Below, one piece after another: positions 12,951 to 26,620 of a stretch of DNA of 60,000 nt. The notes beneath the pieces were generated by a model that saw only the letters and a program-made list of their open reading frames with translations, did not search any database and was not told where the DNA came from. The first letter of the stretch is position 1, and every line of letters begins with the position of its first letter. The stretch is taken from contig NC_087252.1 in the NCBI RefSeq assembly GCF_037042905.1, positions 13,890,001 through 13,950,000 on the forward strand, written 5' to 3'. The translations under genes and the position numbers were made by a program. Source of the DNA: Lytechinus pictus. Lineage: Eukaryota.

Positions 12951-13605
12951 ACTGTTCTTTTATTTTGTACATTGTAATTCCCTTTTAAATTATTTCCATG
13001 AAGAGATGAAGAGTGCTATGGACATGTATATCATACATTTCTTATTATTCAAAGTTGAATTGGTAAAGTGACTTTTCCAAATGATACAAAGTGCGACTAT
13101 TTTCATCTTGGTCTCGGCCCGAGCTGCCGCTTACAGGTCTGGCGTTCATTGTATTCAAGGCATTTGTTCCTGCCAAATAGGGCCTTACTATTCAACTCAC
13201 CTGGGTCAAGTGCAGCACAATGTTAATAATGGAGCTCAAAAGAGCAATGACGTGATATTACCGTGTTTCGTTGTGTCTTGCCTGTTTGCTGTTGTTGCCT
13301 TTGGGAACAGGGCAGTGTGTTTTGGTATATTTTAATTATTTTAGTGAATGATTGTTATTATCATGTTTATTATTAGTAATTTATTGTTGCTTCTTTTTGC
13401 CATCATTATTTTTAGTATTGCTCTAATGTGAAAGAAAGAGGCTGTTGGATGTAGCAAGTAGGCTCACACTTCTTACAAGCTTTCAACCATTAGGGGGGGG
13501 GGGTCTTAAGCAAGGCTCTTAAGACACAAATATTAAAAACAATAATAGGCAACAGGGTGGTTCAGCAAGTTTGGCAGTTTTTCACTTCTCGAATCCATCA
13601 AGTGG

Positions 13606-13930
13606 ACGTTCTCAAACGAGGAGAAATCACGTAAAAATGCTTATTGAGGTCTATAGATTACGTTCCGCGAAGCAAGGGGTAGATGCCATTATCCGATGAT
13701 AGAAACCATGAGACATCTGAACAAGTTGAATAGTATAGTGAAGTATTTATTTTCAGTATAAAAAATACAAAACGGATGGATAGGCCATATTTAGTTTAGT
13801 CGACATGACAATACTGTTCTTCCATCGGGTCCACAAGCTGAGAACAATCCACCAAGCGATGCATGTCCCGAGGATTCAAGTTCAGGTGTTCAAGGGACAT
13901 CATACAACGTTGAGAATGAAGATACGCAAA
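13606..13930 (+). pseudogene. Degenerate relic copy of the terminal exon (A')
   Basis: Matches terminal exon segments (AACGAGGAGAAATC, GAGAACAATCCACCAAGCGA, GGTGTTCAAGGGACATCAT, GAGAATGAAGATACG) with deletions and a ~110-bp insertion. Confidence 0.75.
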
Positions 13931-14433
13931 TTTATAGGGATATAGATTTTTTAAATCTTAATCTTTGCTGTGACAAAGACGCAGCTGAGATAGTTATCTA
14001 TCCTATGGGAAGGGGTTACTAAAGCTACCGAAGTAGAATGGACTACATGTGAATAAAACCACTGAGGTAGCTGTTATATCTCGGCTATAAAATTGATGGT
14101 AAATTAGTTCAAATAATACAAGGATTTCCCCCTTTTTCAAAGTAAAGTTTAATCAGGATTCTTTTTTGCAACAACTTTGGTTTTTTTGTGACGAACTGTG
14201 ACTCGACTGACAGAATAATAGTTGAGTAACGTGCATATAACAAGATTGATCGAGCCTTCAAGCAGTTACTTATATTTATAAAATTGTACTTTGATAAGGC
14301 ATAATTTTCTGAAATTATGCGTTCAATTTCAGTAGAATCATTGAATTCATGATATCAAGGGATGGTATTCTGGACAACTCATAATTTTTGTCATTAATAT
14401 TATTAACAGTCTTCGAAATGTGACACTGCTATG

Positions 14434-16615
14434 GGGTGATCCCATACGTGTCGTACGGGACATTTAGAGAACGTTTGATAGTTTTTTGACAAGAAAAACA
14501 AAAAATATTCCAGTAACTAAAGTTGATCATCAAGTACTACCAGAGTGTTAGAAAAACCAAGACTTAACATGACTTGAATTCACATCCTGTTTAATACAGA
14601 TTTAAAATAGTAATGTGTCGTACGGACGCAGAAAAAGTGGCCTTTTTCGAAACCTCAAGTTTGTACTCTAAAGTCTGTGAGTTGGACAGATGATTTTCAT
14701 AGAAACTGAACTCAAATTGATATTCAATTACCCAAGAACAAACACGTCTATGAAAGAAAGCAAAATAAACATTCATGAATAAATAAAGCAAATTACAATT
14801 TTCGAGAACATCGTGGCGTACGGGACACTCAAAATGTGTCGTACGGGACATTTCTAAATTGAAGCCAAACTTTCTTACTTTATGTCTCTTTGACTTCTTC
14901 AATCACTTTATTTGGCTGATGATAATGACAGTCCTATCAAACTTAAGACATTCATTATGTTAGAAACCGCAATTGGCTGGATATTTCTGTCAATATATCA
15001 TAAACAAAATAATGTGTCGTACGGGACACTTGTGTGTCGTACAGGACACTTCTGTGTCGCACGGGACACTTGTGTGTCGTACGGGACACTTGTGTGTTGT
15101 ACAGGCACTTGCGTGTTGTTCTGGGCTGTCTGAATAAAACAATGAACTTTTATCAATCAGAAGGGGAGCATTGCCCCTAAATTCTTCCTTTTTAATGAAA
15201 AGTCTTGTAATAAGTAGTCATTCAGGACAATATAATTAAGTAACCTTAATATATACAATCGGGAGCAATATGTTATCTTTTTTTTCATGATGGGAAATGT
15301 ACAGGGTTCGCAGCATCTTTACGAGCTGAAAAACTTGAGGTTTTGTGTGAAGTTATATTTTAGTGAATTTATTGATGATTTCCACTACACTATTTAAACA
15401 ATGAATGAATAAATGAAACTGTGTAAATTATGCGGCTAAAATGTTATAATTTTTCATATAAAATGTATATATATACATGATATATGTCAAAACTGTCACT
15501 TGTAATTCCACAAAATATTTTTTCTAAAGAAATGCGGTTCTACTTTTTAAAACCTTTCTGCCTTTTATGAAACCATATGGTTTGTCTTATTTTCCAGATT
15601 TTTTTTTTAACAACATGGTTTGTCTTATTTTCCAGATTTTGTTTTACAACTTGAAAAAAGTAAGGAGTTTCAATACTGTATATGAAAAAATAGTGATCAT
15701 CAAGGGAAGTCCAAATAGTTGATTGATATGTAATTTTTTTGTTTACATCTTATAATAATTCCACATTAGCATGCAAGAGGAAGTCATCTTCCAGGCTAGG
15801 GTCAATTATAAAGGTTTTCTTTTCTTGTTCAGTGACAAAGAAATTAACCTGCTCTGACCAGTGAAAATCACCAGTTTAGCTGAAGGGATTCACAAAAGAA
15901 TACACCTACATGAAATCAATTAAAATGGTTAGAATCACCTATTTCATGGTTTTTTTTCAGTTCGCTTTATGTCAAACCAATTATTTGAATTAAAATAGGC
16001 CTACTATTTATAGTTTCTGAATCCAAATCCTGCAATTAAATGCATTATATATTGTGTGTCGTACGGGACAACTTTTAATAGGACAATTATTGAAAAATGA
16101 AGGGCAGTGATTTGATCCTTATGGGATAAATCGATCACAAATGGGACAAAGAAAGAGAAACTGATATTGTGAAATTGCATCATCAAAAATAAAATTGTAG
16201 GATAAACTTTTGCATTTTTATGTGTCGTACGGGACATTGCCAAAAATAGGTTCGGAAAGATCAGGGCTGCCCCTATTATAGATCATGGAAATGTTTTAGA
16301 TATTATTTGGAACCATCAATGATACATTATTCCATTGACCTGCAATATTTTCAATCTTCTCGTGCTTTGCCAATAATTGTTTCAGGCAGTGTTTGTACTT
16401 GACTATTTAATTAGCAAATTATTTAAAATTGAAAATTCCATTGTTCTCCCCCCCCAAAAAAAAAAAAAAAAAAAACTATATCTGACTTCACTTTTGGTTA
16501 AAACTCATAATTTTCATAAAATTTAGGTATCATAGTAAAATATTACACTACTTATGACTTATTGAAAGCATGTTGAAATTTATGATATTTTTGAAGTTCT
16601 AGAGTGGAATCGCCC
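14434..16615. mobile_element. Non-autonomous DNA transposon, ~2.2 kb (possibly Sola-like)
   Basis: TIR GGGTGATCCCA/TGGAATCGCCC; 4-bp TSD TATG; many GTGTCGTACGGGACA subterminal repeats; empty site in the paralog at ~57411-57420. Confidence 0.85.
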
Positions 16616-16706
16616 TATGATTGTTACAAATCAGTATTCGGAACATTGTCTTTTCTAGATATTTAGTTTTCTCCGAGATATGACTGAGAAAATCAATATT
16701 CAAAAT

Positions 16707-17047
16707 CATTGGCGGCGGAAGCCAAAAAATTTAGGGGGGAGGGTTCACCTGAAATTTTTGGATGGACATAGGTAAAAAATTTGACAAGCAAAACCCCCCC
16801 CCCCCCAAAAAAAAAAAGGTTATCAACCAAAATTGTTGGGGGAACGCAAATTTAAGGAGGGGGGTCCACCTGAATTTAGGGGGGGGGACGCAGGAAACAA
16901 AATTGACAAGCAAAAAAAAGGTTATCAACCAACATTTTAGGGTGGACCACCAACATTTTTTTGACAAGCAAAAAAAAAAAAAAAAGTTATCAGCAAAAAA
17001 TTTAAGGGGGACAGGACCCCCCCCCCCCCCCGCTTCTGCCGCCTATG
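16707..17047. mobile_element. hAT-type MITE
   Basis: TIR CATTGGCGGCGGAAGC / GCTTCTGCCGCCTATG; 8-bp TSD TTCAAAAT/TTCAGAAT; absent in the paralogous flank. Confidence 0.8.
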
Positions 17048-17446
17048 TTCAGAATACCTCCCTTAGATATCCACATCACTATGTTTTAATGTCAGAGGAA
17101 TCATTGGGGGTCATGATAAGAGGATTGTTCTGTCATATTGGAGGCTCACTGTTCTTATATATGAATTCATAACTCTATGTTAGATAATTATGTATACATT
17201 TTAAATTCTTGGAAAATGTTTTAAGGCAGATGTCACTTTTTGCATAAATTAGAGTCTTACTTTGACCTTTTTTTAATTCGACTATTAATGCATTCGCATT
17301 TGTTGACTTTCAATTATATATCCATTTCTATTACTAATTCATGTTTTGAACTGATACAAAATGCAATATTTGCTCCAGTACTTTCAGCTGCAAAAAATAT
17401 GCAAATAGGTTGTTTGCTGTTTTCTAAAATATGTTGTTAAACTGAT

Positions 17447-18075
17447 GGGGTGACCATAATTTGCGCACATTTTGAAAATTATCATGTTAATTTTCAATCA
17501 AGAATTTCTCACGGTTCACATAAATTATTCAAAATCATAAATACCTGACGGAAGGCAAGATTCCGAAGTCAGTTTCGCTTGACGGAATTATAAAGTAGGT
17601 CAAAGGCTTCGCTGGTATCGCGATCTCAAAATTCCATGGCGATCGACTAGTGCGCGCGCTCGGCTAAAAAGTGTCATAAAAAAAGTGTGACCTCAATTTG
17701 CGCACGATTATTTTGCAAAGCTTTAGAAACGAAATCAAGCAAAGGTCGATAATTGTATCAGAGGGAGGTTAAAATGCCATAAATTCGGGTGGTATCACAT
17801 TTTACTTACTTATTTGGAGACCTCTGCTTGCAAACTGGCGATTTCTTGATGCTTGTCGAGAAGATCGGAGTGGACCCAAAAGGTAACCAAATTTGCCGTT
17901 GTTTTGCCAATATTTTCAGAAATTGAGACCTTATACCTTCAAAAAAAAGTACCATACTGGGTAATTTTGGGTCGCTTTCTCTGTTGGTGATATTATTTTT
18001 TTCTAGATATTATTTAGATATAGAGATATTCGACAGTGCTCAGAATTAGATAACGCGCGAATTAAGGTCACACCA
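17447..18075. mobile_element. TIR element (MITE)
   Basis: GGGGTGACCATAATTTGCGC ... GCGCGAATTAAGGTCACACC inverted ends. Confidence 0.65.
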
Positions 18076-18409
18076 GCATACTGTCAAGAACAACTGTCAA
18101 GAACTAAGTGTGATCATGACTAATGATTGTAATGATTATTGCTCTGATGTGAAAGAAAGGGGCCGTGAGACGTAGCAAGTAGGTTAACTCTCCTAATAAT
18201 AACCGAGCTTTCAACCTTTTAGCTGGTCGAACAGCAAGGCTCAAGACACAAACAATAATAGGCAATAATATCGAAAGTAATGAAAGCACGCAACAAAAAC
18301 ACAATCAAAACAAGCATGCATCAAAAGCAAAGTAAATGAACACAGCATGGTAACATAAATGCAAACAAAAATCAAATAAATTATGTTAATTAAGCTAGCT
18401 AGTAGTTAA

Positions 18410-18640
18410 CGGTAGCTCAGATGGTAGAGCGTCCGCCTCACAACCGGGAAGTCGGGAATTCAAACCCCGGCCGCGTCATACAAAAAGGCGTTAAAAGGTG
18501 GGGTTTTTTGCTATTTGGCATTCAACTATTTAAAGAATAGAGCAACGTCTTTCAGGCGCTGCGCAGAACTGCTTGGCCAATGATCGATCGGGAAAAATGA
18601 ATTTGGGATGATTTTTATTTCGGATTTCGATCAATAAAAC
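18410..18640 (+). mobile_element. tRNA-derived SINE
   Basis: A-box TAGCTCAGATGG, degenerate B-box AATTCAAACC; body shared with 59231-59500. Confidence 0.75.
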
Positions 18641-20210
18641 GCGTTTTTTTAATCAAAATTAGGTATTTTGGAAAGTAAAATCGTGTTTATAGGCGGACAT
18701 TAGGTCATTAAATCAGTGCAAAGTTGCCTATTTTAAACGTGGCTCCAGTGTAGCTTTTGATTGCCCTTTTAAAATCTTCAGGTCAAACTTTTTTTTCTGA
18801 TCATAGTGTGGAAATATAAATGAAATGGCCTATAGGGAATTGCTTCGACAATTTAATCCACCAATTGCCTACTGAAGCACTGTCGAGTGTGATTACATAA
18901 TTCAGAAGTTAAAAAAAATCGTTGATTACGTTTGAAGGGGTATGTATTCCAGGCTGAAAATTATGATTGAACAAATAAAGAAAAATGTAACCAAACACTG
19001 GAAATTGGATCGAAATTGGACAAGAAATAACAGTTCCATGCACGTAGGCTATTCATGAATATTCTCGAGCAAATTGATGATGTTACATCCCATCTTGTTT
19101 TTTATATATTATTCTTTTGTCCTATAAGAATAAAAAAGGCAACTTATTTCAAAAGGGAGGCATGATATCATGCACACATGTATGAAAGTATGTATGGAAA
19201 TATGAAATAACAATGATTTCATGTTATACAAGAAAAGTGAAGGTGGGGATATGACATCATAAGCCAACCTAATGAATATTTATGACGATGTGCGTACATG
19301 TATACGTATTTTTACAAAACATTATTAAAGTTTCAAGTTCAATGTCCCCGTTATTTGTTATTTGCATTTTGCTTTTTAAATTTTACTTCATTTATTGAGA
19401 TAAAATTCTTTTCAGCCGGAGTACACCCTTTAAGTTTAACATGTTTAAAAAGAGGTGTGTTGAATGGTAGCCTTTTGTTCGAGTGTTCAATGATTGTATA
19501 CATGTGTGACAAATCGATAAGTTTTCTTGCGAAATTTCTGTTTGTACACATCGTTTGAGGTGTGTCGTTAGAAAGCCCTTTTTAAAATATACTTAGTAAC
19601 TATAATAGTAATTATTATTATTATTATATCGGTGGGTGTTTCATGAAGCCGTTCGTAAATTAAGGGTGACTTAAATAATGACTGGTGAACCTTTCTTACG
19701 CGCGAAATATCACCGATGCACATTTGCTGGTGAATATCATTTACCACAAGAAATGATCACCAGTCGTTCTTAAAGTCACTCAACAGCACCTGGTCCACTT
19801 GTAATATATATTGTCACTTTTTGTTGTGGGGGAGCATTACAATATGGCCGTAAACTTCTTTACATATGTTATAAACATGTGATTTGAAATTCATTGTGAA
19901 AATGGGAAAGATATAGTAGGTGTGAGTATTATATATTACATTCAATGTGTAAACATAAAATTTTGTTTCTTTGGTTAATGTTTCTCATTCTAATCAGGTT
20001 GGTGCGTCGGACAGCTATCATGCAGTTTAATTGGTGGAAACAATAATTATTTAAATAAAAAACAATTAGGCTTATTTTAAAGTTTGTATGGCTTATATAA
20101 TTTTGCGTGACTATGTACAATGTATAATTATTTAGCTCGGATGCATCATGCACGTCCCATTCGGACGACATTCCTGTGGATATTCCTTTTGGTTACATGT
20201 GTACAAACTA

Positions 20211-20321
20211 AAGCCCCTTTCACAATGGTGGTGCGACTGCTTACAACCGTTGCGATTGTGTGGAACATATATTGTGACCGAATGATCGTAAACGATCGCA
20301 CTAGCAACTGTGAAAGCCCCT
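20211..20321. mobile_element. Short MITE (PIF/Harbinger-like flanks)
   Basis: AGCCCCTTTCACAAT ... ACTGTGAAAGCCCCT with TAA/TTA flanks; imperfect TIR. Confidence 0.45.
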
Positions 20322-22929
20322 TTACTCCCAGAGATAGTTGGGACCTTTCGCAATCCTCACGGACGCTAATATTAGGGTCCCCTAACACAAAAGTTAACGC
20401 TTAATCATACACTTGATTTTTAAGATTGAATGTGCATTATAGTCAATAGAATCAAACGTAGAAAACTGCTCTACAATCAATGCTAAACTTTGTGTTACAG
20501 GGGGGTTACAGGCCCTACAGATCTGCTTTTCGTGTGCAAAATCCTTTTCTGCGACACTCGCACCATACATAGCATGTATATTACGACTGATGGTTTGAGA
20601 TATTCGAAATGAAGACCTAAAATAGATTATAACATGGATAAGAAAGTGGTTTTTCAAACAAATCGAGTACATATTGAGTGAGGAAAAACTTACTGAATGA
20701 AGGCTTAGATATAGATCATTACAGTCCATCGAATCGATATTACATTTAATGTGGATTATTGGTGTATCACTGGCAATTGATTTCATGGGTCAGATCAACC
20801 TCTCCAGCCGAACATTTCGCGTGAGTTGATATGTGCACACCATTATGTAATACATTTGAACTCGTTTCTTTTTGTTTCTTTTGTTTCTTTTGTTTATTCC
20901 TTCTACACAAACGATATGCCTCTCGCACACGATGTAATGGGCATTATGTTTTACTTCCCCCAGAAATGGGGATTAGATTCAAATTCCGGGGGGACCACTT
21001 CCATTAATGAGTGGATACCAGGCACGACCATGGGGTTTCGAAAAATACCCTAAACAAGCTGGGAAGTAATTCTTTTCCAGATTATGAAAATGCATCTCTT
21101 AACAAGAATTTGGCTTGTGAAACCCTACAAGTATTGGATATCCCTTTTTTGTCAGCATTTTAAACATCGTTTTGACACCCTTATAACGTTACATAGGTCT
21201 ATACGTAACGTACCTGCCCAATCTGTCCCCTTTTACGCGTGGTCGCTCCTGGGATCCACTAATCAATGGAAGTGGGCCCCCCGGGCGGCCTCTCGAGCTC
21301 TAGGAGGAGTCAAATGTGGCTTTGGAAAGTCGTCCTCAATGAGATATATCGCTGTTACCATAGTAGCAACCAAAATTTTGCACACGAAACGCATATTGAA
21401 TGTTTCCGTCGCAGATGCGAAACGAAAAAAAAATCTCATGTCACACAATTTGCATTGCAGGACGATCATGATGACGGGCCCAAAAAGTCTCTTCCAAAAT
21501 CAACTAACGTCGTAAATAAGCGTGCGCGTCCTCAAACGAAAGGTCCGGATTAGCGATTCAAGAACACAGTAAGTGTATTGACTATGCTCGTGCTGGGAGG
21601 TCTTTGTAAAAGATTAATGAACCGGATCAGAAGTTTCGTCCTAAGTTTCGCATCTGACGAAAAATTGCAAATATGTCGTTTGTCAAGAATCCAGGACGAA
21701 ACTGCTGTTTTAATTCACCAATTTTCGACAAAGACTTCTTGGCTGCTTATTGTCATATAGGGCATTTGACAATACATTTTTCTATGTTCTTGAAATCCGT
21801 TGTGCGTCGATTAGCGAAAACTTTACAGGCGGGGAAGTTTCGGTGAACGATAATTAAGTCCCAGTCAAATAAATTCACGGATCCCGAAGGGCCTACACAG
21901 CAGTCCCCGGATCGAGCCGGTATAATCTACAATGATCTAGGGGTAAATTACAATTCGTCTACTGCCAACTCGCCCACTCATTACATGGTCTACGTTCAAT
22001 TAGTCTAATACCATACCGTCAATCAGCATTTCGTCTAATAACCATTTGGTCCAATAATCACCGGTTCGTCTTGTTTTCATAACCAGTTGGTCTTATACCC
22101 ATTTCTTTTCAATTTCATTTTGCCCAATTAACACTTAATCCAATTTACCTATTGGACCAACCCGATATTAAACGAATGGTGGGTGGACGAGATGGCAATT
22201 ATACCCTGTGGATAATGGTATTATTGATGGTAGACGAAATGATAGTAGACGAGTTAGTAATTGGACGAATTGGCATTTTAAAAAGAAAAAAACTGGGGAC
22301 GTCCGGGACTGAGTGTCGACGTGTAGACTGCATACAAGACATGTACCACGGGCCACAGAAATGGGGGGGGGGGGGAATCTGGGTGAGCCTCATCACCCCC
22401 CCCCCCCCCCCCACATTTAAACCGTTCTGTGGTCCCTACATACGATTAACACGGCGGCGGCATGGATTTAGCCGGACCAACACGGCATGGGATCTACATA
22501 CACTGACCATAAGGCCGTCAGTACGGAATAACCCGGCAGCTACACGGACCAACACGGCAGCTTCACGAGACAACACGGCAGCTAAATACATGGAGCAACA
22601 GGGGAACGACTCAAACCATCCCAGATTGCTCTGCACACAGTAGTCCACAGATGACGTTGGATATTTTTCACCTCCCAATTACGGCTATTTGCAACACTTG
22701 AGTTCCTTCAGGGTTCATATTTTTGTCGCCGCGGAGGAAAACTAATATATAGTTCCCCGAGACACAAATATAACTATGAAAAGAACATGAAGTGTTATAT
22801 TGTTACCAAAGGGAAATAAATGTAGGATAGGCTTATTTCTAGAAAATTTTGCTGCCTCACCATTTGATTACAGTTGCCGACCTCGGTGCGGTATATCCAT
22901 TGGCTCTTCTCTTCTTCTCTCGCATCGTT

Positions 22930-24675
22930 TATAGGCGGATCCAGCGGGGGCGAGGGACCCGCCCCCCCCCCCCATATTGACGGTGCCCAAAAAGGAAACA
23001 TAAGAAGAAGAAGACGAGTGAATAAGATAAGATTAGGGGAAGACTTGGAAAATAGTTGTTAAAATCTTTCCTGTCACTATTTAAAATGTTCGCTCGCGCT
23101 TCGCGCTCGCATTGCCTTTAAGGTGATTTACAAATATGGAGCTGAAAATATAACATTTTTTAGTCAATTAACAAAACATGTTTCAGCTCGGAAATCGAAA
23201 TTTCATTATTTTGTTTGATTTACAAATTGATTGTTTAAAAATGGTCTGAATATTAACATTTTCTGCTCACGCTGCGCGCTCGCAAAATTTACCTACTAGG
23301 TACCTACTATTTTCCTGTATTCCATAAAGTCCTCAAATAACCCTATTCAGGTTAGATCGTCAGAACGTTTCAGCTAGCGCTGCACGCTCGAATTTTTGAT
23401 GGGTGAGTTATGTATATCTCATTATCTATTCTATATTAAATTACTTCAAATCCCCTCTAATGTCAAATGATGAAAAATTCTGCTTGATTTTTCGCTCGCA
23501 TTGTTGATTGTTGAAAATATATTAACTCATGCATCTCAATCATAATTACTACAAATTTTTTTCAAATGTCCACTTTTCAGGTCATAATATCAACAGATTT
23601 CACGCTCTCATTAGGCTTAGATTAATAAATGAGATATTAATTCAATAATCAAATGATTATTTTTTTAGAATGGGATATCGACAAGTTTCATCTCGTGCTT
23701 AGGAAGAGAAATAGGAAGATAGTCATCATTTTCATTTGATGACATGATTTTCTTATAATGTCCCGGTCCTATGTCAAAACTCAAAGTAATAGTAATGAAA
23801 CATAGATCCATATCCACCTCACAATTCTACAAAGTGCTTGAAATACAGAGCTTAAATTTACCCTTTTTCAGATCGGAATATCAAATATTTTAAGCTCGTG
23901 TTTCGCACTCACTTTATTGACTTTCATGATAAAAAGGGTATGTAGAATGCCCAGATTCTAGGTCGAAATCTGAAACACACGCGCGCATGTTTATTCAGAT
24001 ACGCAGCTTGTTCTCTAATAAAATCATTATCCAGTTTCAGATCACAGTATCAAAAAATTTCTGCTCGCGCTTTTCGCTCGCATTATTAATGTGGGAAGAT
24101 TTCCAATTACTTTTCATGATTTACTAAACATGAATAGAGTGTCCCATTTTAGGTGTAAATCTTGATTTTTTTCCGCCCGCGCTTTGCACTCGCATCTATA
24201 TATACTTATCCTCTTCACAATTACCTTAGCTAGGGGTCCGCGGTCTCATTGTATGATTGTTGAAATATGTAGCGTCCCCATGGTTAACTGCAAGCAGCCG
24301 TTAACAGATCCTTTTTATATCAGATCAAAACATATATAAGAAATTTTTGCTCGCGCTTCGCACTCGCAGTAATTATTTAGTTGGATACATATCTCCGTTA
24401 GGATCACACAAATTGCAGAGAATGTTTACATTTTAGGAAAGAATATATAAAATTTTAAAAAATAGCTCGCGTTTCGCGCTCTCAGCGTTTAAATAAGGCT
24501 TATGAGATTATTATATATTTTAATTGATTTATAAGAATGAAGCTTAGAAGTGACTATTAGGACTACCCCTCCAAAGAAACAAGCAAAAATCACCTTCGAG
24601 CGACCGATCGGGGAAAATGTGGCTGACAAAAAAAAAATCCGCCCCTCCCTATTGGCAAAGGCTGGATCCGCCCCT
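22930..24675. mobile_element. hAT-like non-autonomous element with GCTCGCGCTTCGCGCTCGC internal repeats
   Basis: TIR TATAGGCGGATCCAGC / GCTGGATCCGCCCCTG; TSD not preserved; related internal sequence at 36870-37430 and 48990-49440. Confidence 0.7.
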
Positions 24676-25149
24676 GTTTGGCCCTGCACGCACACGCTTA
24701 CGTGCATTATTTGTATAATGTTCATGACGACTTGTATCAAAGGACTATGTTTTGAATGTGTTTTTAACTCCCATTTTGAAATCGTGTTTACCGACAGCAT
24801 CGGTAGCTAGGAAAAGTGTGTTAGGGATCCTACTCCCCCTACAACAAGACGTATCTTGTCTCCAACATTCACGTAAATTGTGTAAACCACGCTAGGATTA
24901 ATTTATTTTCAAAATCTTTTCTTAATTTTTTGTTGGGGGGGGGAGGCTCCTATTATTGAAAGCGGACCTCTATAGGTCATGAATAGGTCCATTATTTACA
25001 ACATATTTGGATTGTTTTATTCTAAAAGGAACTAAATACACATTTATCGTTTTATATCGATTTCTTAGATTTCTAGACACTTTCTTTTTTCACGGATTTA
25101 GTTCCTTTTCGAATGTTTTAAAAGAACCTTATTCGACTGTCCATTTTTT

Positions 25150-25232
25150 TTGTTTCGCCTGCATAGCAGAGCGAGACTATCGGCGCCGCTTTTCCAACGG
25201 CGGTGGCGACATCAACATCAAATCTTAACCAA
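25150..25232 (+). mobile_element. 5' fragment of the HINE family
   Basis: TCGCCTGCATAGCAGAGCGAGACTATCGGCGCCGCTTTTCC head as at 5007. Confidence 0.75.
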
Positions 25233-25371
25233 AGCTTCAGTTTATAAGGTTTCCAAAAGTGCTCAATGCCAGTGCAGATCAATTTACATATATATTATGT
25301 GTAACGATATTATATTCCGCGTGTTGGATACACATGAAGAGACAAAAGAGACAAACAATATATCTTTGCCT

Positions 25372-25375
<4 letters not shown>

Positions 25376-25402
<27 letters not shown>

Positions 25403-25452
25403 CTCTCTCTCTCTCTCTTTCTCTGTCTGTCTCTCTCTATATATATATATTA
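25376..25452. repeat. Compound (TG)n(TC)n(TA)n microsatellite
   Basis: Direct reading. Confidence 0.95.
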
Positions 25453-26550
25453 CCATTTTGAAATTGGAATTGTCATTTCATGCATTAGATCGAGTTATTC
25501 TGTCTTTGGGTGTGTGTGGGTGGACTCTGGGGATTGAAACTCGACTTGCGAGCGAGTTTCCTCTTGGGCAGATTATTGTCTCACTCAAGGAAATGTGAGC
25601 GCGAAGCATGAGCGATTATTTTTTTTTCAATAGTGACCTGATTTTAAAACAATTATTAGTCGATTGTTTCATTCAATTTTCTTCCTTTGTTTACTTATCC
25701 TTTTTCTTCGTTTGCTCCTCCCCGTCCCTTTTTCCCCTTTTCACCCCTCTTTTTGTGATTGAAAACAAGGTGTTTGCACAGACCCCATACCCCTCCCCCA
25801 CCCTGGCCACAGCCTGTTGACACACATGCTTATTAACTACATAAGTCTCGTGCCATTCAAAATTATATACCATCATGTTTATCACACTTGGGGACAGGGG
25901 GACGCGTTCCCCTGAAATATTAAGGTTGAAGGATAAAATGGATCATGGATGGTGTACCCCTGAGAAGTTTATCTTAGGTTTTATAACAAGCATCAAACTT
26001 TATGATCATCTTTGTTGCACTGTCCCCTCGCTTGATTCCTTGGTGTTCATTGACGGGGCTGATTTGTGGGATAATGACATGATACACTTTTTCGGAAGTT
26101 TTCTTAGTTACTCATTCAATAATCTACTCATTTAGATAATTCATAATTTGAAGAGGGAAAAGTCTTTGTATAAACAAAGGTTGTATCATCAGACTTTCCG
26201 CATGTTCGAGGTGCTTCACAGCTACATGTATATGCTCCATTGAACGCGAAAGAGCAGGGGAAAAATTCCCTGAGAGAAACAAATATTTTACAAAATATGC
26301 TCACTCAGGCGTGTGCTCCTTTTATGACGCAAATTGATTTTTGTATTATATTTTATCACGTTTGGTGCCTTGTCTGTATCAAGCTCTGTATGGCAAATCC
26401 AGATGTGTTGAAAGTCTACATGCCTGTAGAATGTAGTCATACCATTGTACTTTGCTATGCACATTTGGCATTGAATCGAGTGCCTTGTACTACTTGCGTG
26501 CAATAACGTATCATTTCTCATCCAATCTGATATCTCTTGCACATTTCGAA

Positions 26551-26620
26551 ATGGCTCTGATAAACGTTTCACGTTTGACTGTGATAGGAGTCCTATCTAT
26601 ATTCACCTGCTTCATTCAAG
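26551..26620 (+). CDS. Candidate first coding exon 1a (signal peptide MALINVSRLTVIGVLSIFTCFIQ-G) of the Ig-TM-death-fold gene B
   Basis: GAAATGG start context, hydrophobic core, CAAG|GTAAAT phase-1 donor compatible with the Ig exon at 39719. Confidence 0.7.

Larger units (their letters stand above)
10960..17350 (+). repeat. 3' UTR/flank of paralog A, segmental duplicate of ~53827-57800
   Basis: Long colinear high-identity match read by eye, interrupted in copy A by insertions at 14434-16615 and 16707-17047. Confidence 0.9.

Noticed and set aside
18410..18482. tRNA genes at 18410, 49503 and 59231
   Set aside because: Acceptor stems do not pair and the sequences continue into shared SINE bodies
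21620..21710. Hammerhead-like CTGACGA...GAAAC motifs
   Set aside because: No stem II pairing between the motifs and no flanking stems found
22152..22643. 163-aa ORF as a first exon of gene B
   Set aside because: Spans MITE fragments, homopolymer runs and ACACGG repeats; no signal peptide or suitable donor
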